Assembly: GCF_009914755.1 (NCBI RefSeq)
Contig: NC_060925.1
Strand: one strand, 5' to 3'
DNA length: 64,000 nucleotides
DNA from: the human T2T-CHM13v2.0 reference genome, Homo sapiens
Shown one piece after another: positions 37,724 through 51,099 of the stretch (its first letter is position 1; every line of letters starts with the position of its first letter). Under the pieces are notes generated by a model. It did no database searches. It worked only from the letters and a program-made list of their open reading frames with translations, and was not told the DNA's origin. Both the position numbers and the translations under genes were made by a program.

Positions 37724-40144
37724 CAAGGTTCTGGGATTCTATCAGCAAATGGATGTGCCAGCCATCAGAGGCTTGGGTATTTTCTTACCTTCTTTTCTAC
37801 CAGCCCCCAGAATCCTGAAGGGAGCATTTAGCAACCTTCTTGTTCTTGCTGACTAGGGCTGAGGGTCAGACCTCAGGTCTACCCTCTGGCTTTATCTCTC
37901 CCTTCAACCCTGCATGCTGCTGGGCCCTGAAAGGGCTCCCAAATGTCATCCTCTCTCCTCAAGGGGCTTACGTCCTAGAGAGGAGGGGAGGAAACTCAAG
38001 AGAGTGCAGTCTGGGGGCATCTGGGCTGGGCCTTGAGAGCTAAGTAGAATCCCGTTAAGAAGTCATGGGTGGAGAGAGTGTCCTGAGCATAGGGAAGGGC
38101 TTGGGCAAGGATGTGGAGGCGGGATGGTCATTTGGAGCTGTGGCAGGAGCACGCTGGGTCAGATCAGCTTGCCCTTCCCACTTCTCTACTTCTCGCTCCT
38201 GCTGTGTGTACTTTGCTGCCAGAAGTTTCCTGAGGCTGAATTTGATGTTAGACTGAATTGCAATGAACCTGCTGGGGCAGTGGTGACAGGAGGGCAGGGG
38301 ATGGAGCCCCGCAGCAGCTGTAGTTCTGTGTCAGGTGACCATGTGTCCAGATGGTGCTGGGTCAGAGCTGGCAGTGCTTGGAGGGGGTGGACAGGGATGG
38401 TGAAGAGAATGAGAGAGCCTGGGAATCTGGAGAGACTGGCAGAGATAGTGCTTGGCTACTTGAGAGCCAAGTTCCAGGACTGCTTGGAAGTCATCAGGGA
38501 GGGAAACTGCTTGGTATCCTGGTGGTCTCAAGGATGCCAAGAGATACCCTAGAGAACCCAAGGAGGCTCCAGATGTTCTGAGGGACCCATGAAGCTGAAG
38601 GTATCACAGGAACTAGAGGATGTGAGGGTTAGGGCAGAAAGATGTTAGAGGGAATTGAGGATCTCATAGACTCTGAGTGCTGGAACTAGAGGGCTAGAAG
38701 GGATGGGAGATTGAAGGGTTTCCCTCTTCCCTCCTCCATCGTGGCTGAGTATAGACTTGGTGGCTGAGGAGGAGTCATGGCAGTCAGGCCTCCAGACTTC
38801 CTAGTGTAGCCCCAGGGACTGAGGTCCTCACATGTCCCAGCATCATCCCTGACCACCTGAGGGAAGAGGCAGCTGGTCCAGCTGATGCTTTGGCTCAGGG
38901 ATCATGTGTCCTGAGGTACATGGTGGATTTTCCATTTGACGGGCGACTTCACCTGAGGATTGGAGAAGTAAATTACCAATAACTTTGCTGGAGCAAATGA
39001 AACTTAACTAGTTTTAGTTAAGTATGTTGAACCAAGATTCAGTTCAGGTCTGGCTCTCAAGGTAGTATTTTCTTTCCCTTCTGTACTCTCTGCCCCTAGT
39101 TGGTTTGTTGTCATTAATTCATCAAGCATCTATTTGAAGCCTAGAATGTGCTGGAGTTTGTTATGGTTTCAAGGGATACAAAGACAAATGAGACATGAGG
39201 GCAAGAAAGATACATAGGCAAACAATCCAGGTCATTCAGAGTTTAACTCTGAAGCAAGGATTTGGGAGAAGGGGTATAAGAAGGAGTGGTCTATTCTGCC
39301 TAGGATGAGATTGCAAGGGGAAGAGAAATCAGTAAGGGCTTCAGAGAGGAGGCAGCAGTTGAAAGAGCTGATTTAAAGGGGAGTAGGTGATTCTCAAGAT
39401 ATATGGGAAGGGAGAGGTGGAGGAGAGTGGAGGATGCTGAGTCGCAGGAGCAAAGTGAATGAGGGCATGCAGGCTTAGAGCTGCAAAGCCCTCTGGAGGA
39501 TGGTATGGGTGTGAAGGGGCAGGAGGCTCGAGAGATGAAGCCTAGAGATAGGCCTGCCTGCGAGCTTTGTGCTTACCTCATTGGCACTGGGGAGCCATTG
39601 AAGGATTTTCAGCAGGGAAGCATCGAGATCCGAGTTTCATCATCCTCATTCCTTCATTTATGGTGCTCTTGTAGCATTTGGTTCTTACACAGCTGCATGA
39701 GGGTTTGCCATGGTGTACTGCAATTGTTTGTCTACGTGTCTTCTCTCCCAGCAGACAGCATGCCCCTCAGGGCAGGGGCTTGTTATTGCCCATCTTTGTG
39801 ACTTCTTCACCCACTGCAGGACCTACTATGAGTGGGTATTCAGCACATCGCTTCTTGCTAAACACATTTTGGTGCTGGGGCCATACAGACACCATCCTGC
39901 TCATAAGGACTTATGCCCACCCATCTCCAAAGCCCTCTTGGCCCAGAGTGGTACACCAAGTAGGCAGCATGATATAGTGGAAAATAGGTGTACAGATCTG
40001 ACTTTGAATCCCAGCTCCGCCATTTATTAGTTGTGGGACTTTGAGCAAGTTATTTGACTTCTGTAAGGCTCACTTTCCTCATCTGTAAAATGTCAGCAAT
40101 AGTGTGAGCTTACCAGATTGTTTTTTGTGTTAAAGTGTATGTCA

Positions 40145-40481
<337 letters not shown>

Positions 40482-40519
40482 TCAATATATTTTAGGTATA
40501 AGAAAAATAATAACTACCA

Positions 40520-40990
40520 TGATGCTGGTCATTTGCTTGTTTCTTGGCTCTAAACCCTCCCTTCTATACTCTGCTCTGTGAGGCTGGGGCTGAAACTCTG
40601 CCAACCACACTTCCCAGACTCCTTTGCCCGTTCTGTTAGGTTCTGCCAGTAGCAGGTGCTGCAGGGAGACAGGGGAGGACTCACTTCTTTCTGTTTGTTT
40701 CCTTTCAGTGTTGCTGGGGTACCAGCTGGGCAGCACCACCTCCTCCTCTGAGGGACTCCACCTCTATAGGGTCCCTTTCTTGCATTTTTAGATTCTCACA
40801 ACCTCAACTCGCCTCTTTGTTCCCCCAGCCTAGGGGAGTTAGCTTCTTCCTGCAGATATCTCTGTGTTACTTAGTGTTCTCTTTTTGCTTCTCAACCCTT
40901 TCACACCAGTAAAGTCAATCCCTTATATTCAATTATCTCTCTGTGGAAATACCTAGAGTGGTTTCTGTTTTCCTAAGGGGACGCCTAACA
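40520..40990 (+). mobile_element. Solo LTR, LTR33-like (ERVL)
   Basis: aaactctgccaaccacacttcccagactcc and aaatacctagagtggtttctgttttcct resemble LTR33 (recall only). Confidence 0.55.
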
Positions 40991-43594
40991 CTCACACCAT
41001 AGCTGTGTATGGTAGTAGGTATTAAATGCCCTGTGGGTGGTATAGAGATCAGAAAGGGCATCACGGGGAAGCCACAGAGACCAAGGATGCAGAGGAGGGA
41101 ATGGGGACAGATGTGAAGGCCAGTCTCAGAAGATGCAAGTCCCAGGCTTGGTGGTGGGTGACACAGTACAAGCTGGCAGATAGGGAAGAGTCTAGACTGA
41201 CTGAAACATGGGCTTTGTATTAGGCTGGGGCATATCATGATGCTGGAAAGGCAGGTTGCAGCTAGAAGTAGAAGGCTTAAATGCCACAGCCTGGGGACAG
41301 GGAAGATGCAATTTAGAACTATAGACAGAGACCGAAGGCCAAGAGAGGAAAATGCAGCTGTATTCTCAGTCTTCGAGGCAGAGTGGGGTGGTGGATGTGG
41401 GCTGGACCTCCAGTAACTGGCTGTGTGATCTTAGGCGAGTCATTTTGCTTCTCAGATCATTGATGCTGCCCTCTCTAAAGTAGATTTTAAAACATCTAAT
41501 TTGGAAATAGAAAACTCTTTGCCACTATAAAGAGTTACTTATGTTAAATGTTATTCTGACAGCATTCCAGCCTGGGTGATAGAGACCCTGTTTCAAGAAG
41601 AAAAAAAAAGAAACAGAACAAAAACTATTCTGGGTAGGTGGGGAGGAGTGGCTCTGGGGGAGGAGATTCAGGAATGGGCCGGGGAGACGGGGGTTGTATT
41701 TTCAGGCTGGGAAAGAAAGGAGAGTGGGAGCCCAGTGAGGAAGAATTTGGGGAAGGCCTCAAGGGGTGTGATGGTCCACACTTCGACTGGGAGGAAAGGG
41801 TGAGCAGAGAATGAGGGAAGGAATGGAAAAAGGAGACACGTCTAGGTGATGGGCATGGAATGTGTGAGAAATGGGAGGGTGTGGGAACCCAGACTTGGGA
41901 GTTTGAGCCACTATAGGCAGAGGCCGACCACACAGGGTTGGGAGGGGAAGGTGCCCTCACTTTTTATAGCCCCAAAATCCTGTAAACAGAGAGCTATTGG
42001 CCTCCCTTGGGGTAAGCCTAGGGTTGCTAGGAATCTCTGAGAAGTGTCTGCTTTTCTCTGCTTCCCACCTGTTTTATGTCTCCTGGGATGGAAGACACGG
42101 TAGGGCTACAAAAACATGCTGCCAATCCTGAATTCAATAAAATGGACTTTGTCCCAGCCTAAAACATGGAGGAAAAAAATGTCCTTGGAGAGTATGTATG
42201 TGACAGAGCCCGCGATACACACCCAGGTAGCGAGGGGACAGAGCAGGGCGCCTGTAAGGCTCTGTGCACTCATCCTGAGCCCAGACCTCTGGGCAGGAAG
42301 CCTCGTTCTTTTAAAAGCAAACTGCTTGTTTTTCCCTGCATGAATAATGTATGTTCTTTAAAAATCACAAAGAGAAAATACAGATAAGCAAAAAGAAGAT
42401 ATAAATCATCCACAACTCATCACCCAGATGCATATTTATGCTTCCAGATATTTTTTCTGAATTTGTACATGGAAATGTAAAAAATGGCATCATTTATATT
42501 ATCTGTAACCTGCTCTTTTCACTCCATAGTTCATCCTGGCCATCTTTCCATGTCACTAAATGTACTTCTGCAGTATCTTTGTAAATGATATCACAACCAG
42601 ATAACAACGACAATAATTTGTATAGTGCTTTATAGCTTACAAAGCACTGGGCATCCATTATCTTATTTCAGCTCTTGGCCTTCCAGCATTAAGGTCTCTC
42701 CCCTAGGAAATTCTGCTTCCAAAAGAGGTACCCCTGCCTCCTTCACACCTGTGCCTCCCATGCCCCAGAAGTTGCCGCCATCTAGGGAGGGTTGCTAGCC
42801 AGGCCCCTTCTCCCTCTCCGTTTCTTGTCTGAACCTGCTGACAACTTCTGTCCTTTTTGTCTCATTTTCTTGAGACTCCCTCTTCATAGTCTCAGAATTT
42901 CCTCCTGGCTGCCACCCTTGTCTTCTCTGCTTCATCTGTCCTCCCCTGTCTCCTCCTGCGTGTCTGTCCGCCCCCCTCCTCCTGTCCAGTTCTGCTTAAG
43001 ACACAGGATGACACACCTGGGAGGCTGGGAGCCAGAGCGGGCCCTCAGGATGGGACCCGTCTCATCTCCAGAAATGACTGAGCAGAAAGTCCCCCTGTTG
43101 TACACAAGTGGGGAGGGTTGGGGGCCACACCCACAGACATCAAAGGGACAGGGCTGGGTAAAAAGTCCCGGGGTGTCCTCAGAGCTTCCACAGCTGTGCA
43201 TAGGGACGTTTCTGAGTTGCTGTCTCCCTACCGCTGCCTCTCTCTTCCACACCCTGCTCTATTTCTTTCTCTCCTCATGACCTACCTGGCATCCCCATTC
43301 TTTCTTGTCCTCCCTCTGACATCTAGAGGCCTTGGTGATTGACAGCTACCTCCCTCTGTGTGGAAGGACAGGGTAGGGAGAGAGGCAAGAAGGAATGCCC
43401 TCTGTCCCTGAACCAGCCTCACTTTTTGGTCCTGGAACTTCAGTCCTATCTTCACCCTGTGAGTGCCTCCCTTATGCCCCTCCCTCCTCCCTCCTCTTTC
43501 ATGGTGGGAGTGCTGAAGGTGAGGAGAGGCTGGACTCTGCCTGCAACTCTGGGCCTGCTAAGTCGAGGAGGCCAAACCATTCAGATGTGCTGCC

Positions 43595-43672
43595 TTCACA
43601 GGGCTGAATGAGGAGCATATTTCACAGGGCTGAATGAGGAGCATATTTCACAGGGCTGAATGAGGAGCATAT
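43595..43672 (+). repeat. Perfect 3 x 26-bp tandem repeat (ttcacagggctgaatgaggagcatat)
   Basis: Direct reading. Confidence 0.97.
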
Positions 43673-46600
43673 CTAAGCTGGAGCTGGACAAGCTATGCAA
43701 TTAGCCAAGATCCTGGGCAGGAGTCTAGATCTCCTGGCTTTGGAAAAGGGCAGATATTTCAGAGTTAGGGAAATCCAGATATCCACGCCCAGTGGTCACC
43801 CCACCCCTCGCCACACCCACTCTGAACACTTAACCCATGGCCCATCAGGCCACTTTTCAACAGCAAGGACATCAGAACTCTGAGCCATGTGGCCCCTTTA
43901 AAGAGCCTTGCCTCAGCCAGGCATCAGCTGCAGCTGAGGAATTGATCTCCAGCTCCTATCTCACCAAGTGCCCTTCCCATCTGACCGTGCATCTGGAGCT
44001 CGCCAAGCACCTTGTGCTCCAACTGTGTACCAGGGACTCACCAGGTACCTTCTGCACTATATGCCCAGGGCTCCCCAAGCACCCTTCACTTCAGCTTTGC
44101 ATCCAGGGTCCAGGGGCTCACCAAGTATCATCTGCTCTAAACCCATCCCCAGCTCCGCCCACCTGGATTCCTTATTTGGCACACATTCAAGAGGATGCTA
44201 CATTCCCCACTCTCTCCAGCAGTGGATGGTGCCACCCTAGTGATCACTTACTAGTGGGCCCTTGGCCGAGTAACCCAGAGGGGCTCAATTTCATGGTGGA
44301 TGACCAGGAGATGAGCCAGGTGGTTCAAGCTCTCTGCCTCCTGTGCAAAGAAAGGGGGTGGACAGGGAGTGTCAGTACTTTGTCAATCGACCTCACAGGG
44401 CTTGGAGGAGACCAAAACTTCAGTCCTAACCCTGGGAGCAGGTGGTGTTGGCCTGAGGAGTTATGCATGGGAGCCTCTGGCTGGAAGCAGGAAGACCTTC
44501 ACTGTGGGTTGGTGGTCACATACTAACATCCCCCTTGTTCTTAGCCCTCAACAGAAAGTGCGAGAAGATGCCAAACAGCTCATGGACCAGGGGAGGAGCT
44601 TCCACAGTGCGTCCACACTGGGCCAAGGGCAAGGTCCAAAGTGTCTACTCCAGGACTGCCCCTTGGTTGGACATCTAAGACCTGGTACTCTTCCATCCAA
44701 GCTCCCTGGGACTTGGAGCTTGGTATTATGGGGCGGGATAAAACACGTTGGTATGAGCAGGTGTCGGAAGCTGAGCTCTCATGTCCTTGTACCCCATTCT
44801 TCTTCCTACTTGGTGACAGCCAGGAACCACTCTCTGCTCCGTAGCCAGAGCCTAGAGGAAGAATAACTGTGAGCCTAGAGGAAGAGGAACCTCATCCTGC
44901 TGCCACCGAGGCCTGGCTTAGTGGCACAGCTCACTTGACTTCGGACCATTTCCACCTCCTCCCCCAGGCCTCTGGGCCTCTCTCCCCAGAGAACTCCAAC
45001 CTGTTCTCCCAGCCCCCACAAAGATGCATCAGTTGTTCCTGAGCTTAGAGGGGGTAGGGTATGAGATCCATAGTCCCCAGCACCCATTCTCGGGTGGAAG
45101 ACCTGCCACAAGGCCACAGGGACAGTTTTGAGGGATGGATGGTAAACATTCCCTTCTTTTATGCTCACCTGTCTTCTCCCAGCCAGCTACAGGTTTTTTT
45201 TTTTTTCTGGAGTTCTGTCTGAATCTGGGGAAGAGGAGGGGGACCAAGACGGGTGTTTCTGTATTTCAGTCGCTGCATTTACTGTTCTGCCTCTGTGGTA
45301 GGTGTTCATCCTTCCTTCTCCAGGTCAACCTGTTGTCTGTCTGCAACTGTCTCTCAGGAGACATATTTTCCCTCTCCAAAGCTTCCCTGTAGCATTGGGA
45401 AGTCCCTCCTGAAGTCCAACCTCCATCTATCTTGCTACCTAGTTAAATCCACTTCTTTTCTAGGACTTGGACAGCAATAGAGCTTATTTCCTAGCATCCC
45501 TACATTCTTCCCCCAGAAGTACTTCTGGGCCAGACACCACCTGCCCATCTTTGCAGGTGCAGCCGCGATGGCATATTTCTGAAGCCCTCTTTTCTTCGAC
45601 TTCCAATCCCTTCCTTAAGCTCTTCCACATCCAGACAATCGGCACTGTGAGGGTTAGGGGGCATAGGTAGTGGGGAGAGGGGTTGACCCCACTGCTGCCC
45701 TGCAGGCGTGTGCAAATGCAGGCATGCCTGTGTGCTCTGTGTGAGTGTGCAGGTCTCAGAGCCAGGGCTTGCGTGGAGTCTCTCTACCCTTTCACCCTCC
45801 TGGAGGCCTCTCAGAGACCCAGCAACAGAAGGCAGGGAAGCCCAAACTCCCCAACTTTTTCCCTTAGCTGCGGTTCTGCTGGTAACCATTAGGGGTCACT
45901 GTTGCTTCAGTCACCAATGCAGGGCAGGGGAGGGGTGGGGCTCCACACAGGTGGTCCTTGCTGCCCACCCTGGCCCTGTGGGGATAACAGGGTAGTTGTT
46001 GTCATAGAGACGGCCTCACGCAGACTCGTGCCCACTCCACTCTGGTGTGAGGGAGCTGTGGTTTGCAGGACAACTGCTGGCGGGCGTGAGCAAGGGTGCA
46101 CAGAAAGTCTCATCTCGCCAGACCCAGAGTGTGTGGCATGTGTGTGGCATGGCAGCTATGCCCCAAGCCCCTGGGGGCAGGAAGCTAAAGAGTTCTGAGC
46201 CTTGGGCAGCCCCTCCCGCTGCCACCCCCTTCGTCAAGGTTTGAAGTCATTCTTTTGCAACCCTTCCCTTTCAAATGCCCTCATGGCACTGGCAGAAAAG
46301 CCTGGGAGCTGGCTCTCCTGTGCAACATCCACATGCCTCAATGGTGTCTCTACACGTGCGATGAACACTGAGATTCTGGCCTCCCAGGATAACCACAGGG
46401 TGCCAGACACACAGACCCTGCTCTGCTGTGTGTTCCCTGGCTTGGGTGGGGGCATCTGGCATGAACAGGTGATGTCATCAGGGCCTCTCCCTTGCCCCAT
46501 GTCTGCCCACTTAAAGTCTGTCCTATGACACTCCAGAAAATACCTACCCAGTGGACCGATATAACGAACATAACAAGGGGTGAAATTAAGATGAGGTGTC

Positions 46601-46899
46601 CGGGACTGGTTGGTTCTGCTTGGAGGCTAGACACAAAGGTTCCCTGCCGGGCTCAACCACTTCTGGTCCTGAGCAGGAGATAATAGCAAGATTGTCCTGC
46701 CTCACTGCCATGGCAACCCTGGCTGCTCGGGTCCTCATGGAGGTGGTGTTTGACAGCAGTGTATTTATCCCGTGTCTCTGCCTTAGGGTCACCACCTCGA
46801 GTCCCAGAGGAGGGAGAAAGGAAGTTCATCCAGTGTTAACACCATGTAGATGGAGAGATAATGGGCTGCCTGGGACCAGGGTACAAACAGGCCTCAGCA

Positions 46900-46905
46900 T
46901 TTATT
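46900..46905 (-). terminator. INSRR: Probable INSRR polyadenylation signal AATAAA
   Basis: tttatt ~790 nt downstream of the INSRR stop. Confidence 0.7.
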
Positions 46906-47691
46906 GTGCCTTCTCCAGTCTTCCCATGAGAGGCAGGGGTGGGGGCGGGGCTGGGTGAGGGTGAGGGGAGGGAGGAAGATGAGGCTCTGAAAGCCTTAAG
47001 CATCCAGGGCTAATCATTGAGGGGAGGGACTGAAGAAAGGGTGACTGTACTCCAAGGGATGCCCCTGGAGAAAAGGAGGAAGGAGCACCAAGCTTGGGGA
47101 GCCCTGGGCAGGGCAAGAGGAGAGGAGGAGGTGAGGGCGGGCAGGCTGGGAACCACTCCCCAGGCCCCTGGGTTCTCCCCATGCCACCTGGTCAGTGGAG
47201 CTGAGGGGAGGAGGTGAAACCAGTGGCAAGCAAGGCAGTCATGTGGAGCCCCACCCCCCTCCCATACATGCATGGAGAGCGCCCCAGGCCTGCTTCTGAT
47301 TGCTCATCTGATTTCAAACATGTCGCTGGCCCTACCTGTCCAGAGGAGACCCCAAACTGAGGGGCAGGGCCTCTAGGGTGGGCGGGCCCCCTCTTCCTAG
47401 TCTGAGTGGGGTCCCTACCTCTGAGGGCAGGACATCTCTCCCTGACCTGATCTCTACTCCTCTGGCTTTGACCCTGCTTGCTCTCCCCCGAGGGACTCAG
47501 AGTCTGAGAAACTCCTATGGTGAGACCCCTCTGCCCACCCCCACAGCCTTCCCTGCTCCTGTTCTCTGCCCCACCCTCGGCCATCCCTTGCCCTGAGTTG
47601 GGGTGGGGGTGAACATTCAGGCGTCTCAGCCACAGAGGTCGGGTCCCTTCCTGTCTCCCCATGGGAGGCCAGCCAGGGAATGAGGTGCCCC

Positions 47692-47923
47692 TCAGTGCCC
47701 TGGACCCCCATTTTGAGGGCTGCAGTCTCTTGGAGTGGGTGAGGAGTCAGGCTCTGCATCGGTGGTAGGCAGGGAGCCCCGGGCCCCCCGGCATTCCGGG
47801 CTGTAGTAGAAGGAGAGGAGGCGGAAGGAGGGCCGCAGCTCCTCCTGTATGCTGTCCAGAATGTGTGTGAAAGATGGGCGCAGGCGTGGGTTCGGCTGCC
47901 AGCAGCGGCTCATCAGCTCCTGC
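47692..47923 (-). CDS. INSRR: INSRR exon 22 ([18 protein letters not shown]...GGPGH*)
   Basis: AG acceptor, TGA at 47692-94. Confidence 0.96.
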
Positions 47924-48212
47924 CTGGTGGGTGTGGGGAGCAGGGTCAGAGGCATCCGGGAGCCCCTGCCACGCTCTCAGCCTCCTGCACTGAGGGTCAG
48001 TTGGTGGGAGTGGGGATCGTGGGCCATTATGCCTGGGAGGGTGAGAAGGGATTAAATGGGAGTCTTGGGGGTTTGGGATAGGGGGGTGGCGCTCATAGCT
48101 GAGGGTCAGTGGATGTCAAAGCATCAGAGGAGGTGAGCCAGAATCATGGGGCCGGGTGGGGGAGGGTTGTAGGTAGATCAACAATGAGGAAGGGGCAGGG
48201 GAGGTGACTCAC

Positions 48213-48347
48213 AGCTGAAGGGGACAGCCCTCCAGCTCCTCCAGGACCCCGCCATCCATGACGAACTTCAGCACCTGCTCATTGGACAGGCCCTGGTAGG
48301 GTTGTTCTGCCAGGGTCACAATCTCCCAGAGTACCACGCCAAAGGAC
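48213..48347 (-). CDS. INSRR: INSRR exon 21 ([19 protein letters not shown]...)
   Basis: 135 nt, AG/GT, kinase subdomains IX-X. Confidence 0.96.
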
Positions 48348-48395
48348 CTGGGGGCATGCAGGAGCTCCTGAGCCCAGCACCCTTCGTGCTACTCA

Positions 48396-48713
<318 letters not shown>

Positions 48714-48899
48714 TCACCAAGAACCCTGGAAAGTAGGGGCTCAATGGACCTCAGAACTCATCCCATCCAAACCCCTCTGCCCTTGGACAAGAGACTAAGA
48801 TACAGGGTGGGGGTGACTTGCCAAGGGTCTCACAGGCTGTCAGGACCAGGGCTGTGGGTCTCCTGATGCCTAGCTTAAGGGAGTCTCTCTACTTTTCAG

Positions 48900-49012
48900 G
48901 CCGCCCTCATCTGCCTGGCACCCTCTGTACCCCCGATCTTGACGGTGAAGTCCTGGGACACCATGCAGTTGCGGGCTGCTAGATCTCGGTGCACAAACTT
49001 GTTGGCAGCAAG
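48900..49012 (+). CDS. NTRK1: Second alternative NTRK1 exon ([37 protein letters not shown]), antisense to INSRR exon 19
   Basis: ctctctacttttcag acceptor, AG|gtaggc donor, 113 nt open, phase 0/2; matches the recalled alternative TrkA N-terminus. Confidence 0.8.
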
Positions 49013-49090
49013 GTAGGCCATGCCGTCTGCAATCTCACCAGCCATTTGGATCATTTCCCCCAATGCTGGCTGTGGGAGCCCAGGGTTGTT
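48931..49090 (-). CDS. INSRR: INSRR exon 19 (NNPGLPQP...[22 protein letters not shown])
   Basis: 160 nt; catalytic loop. Confidence 0.97.
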
Positions 49091-49216
49091 CTAGAGCCAA
49101 GATTGGGGGCTGGTGAGGAAGGAACCCAGAGGCTGGTCTCCTGTCCAGAACTGGCCCCCACCTCCCACACTGTGCCCAACCCTTCTTTCACTCCCCAGGG
49201 TCTTCCTGGTCCCTAC

Positions 49217-49327
49217 CTCTGCCTCAGGCCGCAAAGATCGAAGATGGCTCTTGAGGTCCCCACGGGTCATTAACTCCATGATGACCAGAGTTGGCTGGCC
49301 CTGAGATACCACACCCAGGAGACGCAC
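49217..49327 (-). CDS. INSRR: INSRR exon 18 ([20 protein letters not shown]...)
   Basis: 111 nt, phase 0/0. Confidence 0.96.
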
Positions 49328-49397
49328 CTGGGACAGACAAAGGGCCTAGCAGACCCCCTAGTTCCCCTTGACCCATTTGGCCAAAATTCTGATCTGC

Positions 49398-49800
49398 TAT
49401 GACCACAGTCTGACTCAGACACCAAACCTGACCCTAACCCCAACCATGACTATAACCTGACTCCTGACCTAACAATGACCCTGACCCTAACCCATGACCT
49501 TCATCATATCTGATGATCATCACAGTCACGAACTTGGTCCAACTTTGGCCTTGAGCCCAATCAGGACTCTAATAATGATCTGGACACCCAATATTGAGCC
49601 CCAATCATGACTGATCTCAGCCCTAGCCATGACTCTACAGTGGCCCTACTATGACCCTGTTTGACTCTAACCCTAACCATGACCTTTACCCCAATTAGGA
49701 TCCTAACCATGGTCCCAATCTTGACCTTAATGGTGCCCTAACCTCATCTCTGACCCTTTCTTTCTTACCACATGACCTTTACACTAATTATGACCCTGAC
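49398..49800 (+). repeat. Degenerate hexamer array (TGACCC/TAACCC variants) in INSRR intron 17
   Basis: ~400 bp with 6-nt periodicity. Confidence 0.85.
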
Positions 49801-49822
49801 AATGCCCTTGGCTCTCCCTTAC

Positions 49823-50052
49823 CACATGGTGACACTTGAAGGCTTTCATGACAGAAGCTTCCTTGAGGAACTCAATGCATTCCCGTGGGCTGGCCAGCTC
49901 ATTCACCGTCTTCAGGGCCACGGGTGTGGACTCCTCTCCAGCCTCAAGTCCTCGTGCCAGCCCCTCATATACCATCCCAAAAGAGCCCTGGCCCAGTTCC
50001 CGGATTATCGAGATCTGCTCCCGAGGCACCTCCCATTCATCAGGGACATACA
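49823..50052 (-). CDS. INSRR: INSRR exon 17 (YVPDEWEV...GQGSFGMVY...VALKT)
   Basis: 230 nt; P-loop and catalytic Lys. Confidence 0.97.
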
Positions 50053-50245
50053 CTGCAAGGAGGTGGAGGGTCACAAAGCGAGGATGCTGCTCTCTGCCAC
50101 ACCTCACCCCCCAACTTCTCTTCTCCTCTTCTGAAGGGCTCTTGTCCCAAGGCTATCTTCTGCAAGAAGGTCTTCTGGAAGTCTGTCTCTGCTCCTCTCC
50201 TGTCTCCCTTTCCCACACCACCTGTCCACCCACTCCCAGACCTAC

Positions 50246-50298
50246 TATCAGAGGCGCTGAAGTACTCTGGATTCACAGAAGCATACAGGGTTCTGTTT
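50246..50298 (-). CDS. INSRR: INSRR exon 16 (NRTLYASVNPEYFSASD)
   Basis: 53 nt; NPEY juxtamembrane motif. Confidence 0.95.
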
Positions 50299-50993
50299 CT
50301 GCAACGGGAGGTGAGGGGGTCAGGCTGGAAGGGTTCTCAGGAAGGAATGAGCAACATCAGAAGAAGGAAGAAGGACATTTCAAGGAGGAGGGAAGTTACT
50401 GACCACACCCCCAGCCTTGGTCAGGGTGACTCCTGGGGATCCCTAAGTACCCTCCAAGTTGGCCTTGGCCCTATTCCTGGGATCTAACAGGGAATAGGGA
50501 GGACACAGGAGTAAAGGGGCTTCCGCCCTGTCAGCTAGTCCCTATAGCCAAGCTGATCGAGGTCCAGCCCCATTTTCCTCTTGCAGTCAGCCCTGGAAGG
50601 ATCTGACATCAGGCATTCTGGAACACATCCCCAGGCCTCCTGCTTCTTCTCCTAATAAGGGACAGCTCTATTATTTTTCAGCTTGGGTGCACAAACTCTC
50701 ACACCTGACAGGTGGTGTGAGAGTGTGGTGACCAACAATCCCAGTGTGGCTGGACTGAGAGGTTTCCTAGGATGTGCAACTTTTACTGATAAAACCAGGA
50801 AAGTCCCAGGCTAACCGGGATGAGTTGGTCACCCTAACTGAGAGGTATGTTTCCTCTGTGCCACCGCAGGGGAAGAGTTACTGCCTGTATGGAAGACCTG
50901 TCTTTCTACTGTCTCATCTACCTCCCTTTGACAGACTTTATGATGAGGGCTCAGGGAGAAAAGGGGGTGGGGACCGGTGGGACTTATCATCAC

Positions 50994-51099
50994 CTCTTCT
51001 TGCCGTAGAAGAAACCAAGGGCAGCAAGAACGATGAGCAGCGTGAGCCCCACAGGGGTGGCAGTGAGGAGGACATGCAGCCCCCCAGCATCCTCCTCCT
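50994..51099 (-). CDS. INSRR: INSRR exon 15, transmembrane
   Basis: 106 nt; [26 protein letters not shown]. Confidence 0.95.

Noticed and set aside
43595-43672. CRISPR-like direct repeats
   Set aside because: Contiguous units without spacers, in mammalian DNA
43837-44526. 229-aa plus-strand ORF
   Set aside because: No recognisable domain or supporting gene signals; plausible by chance at this GC content
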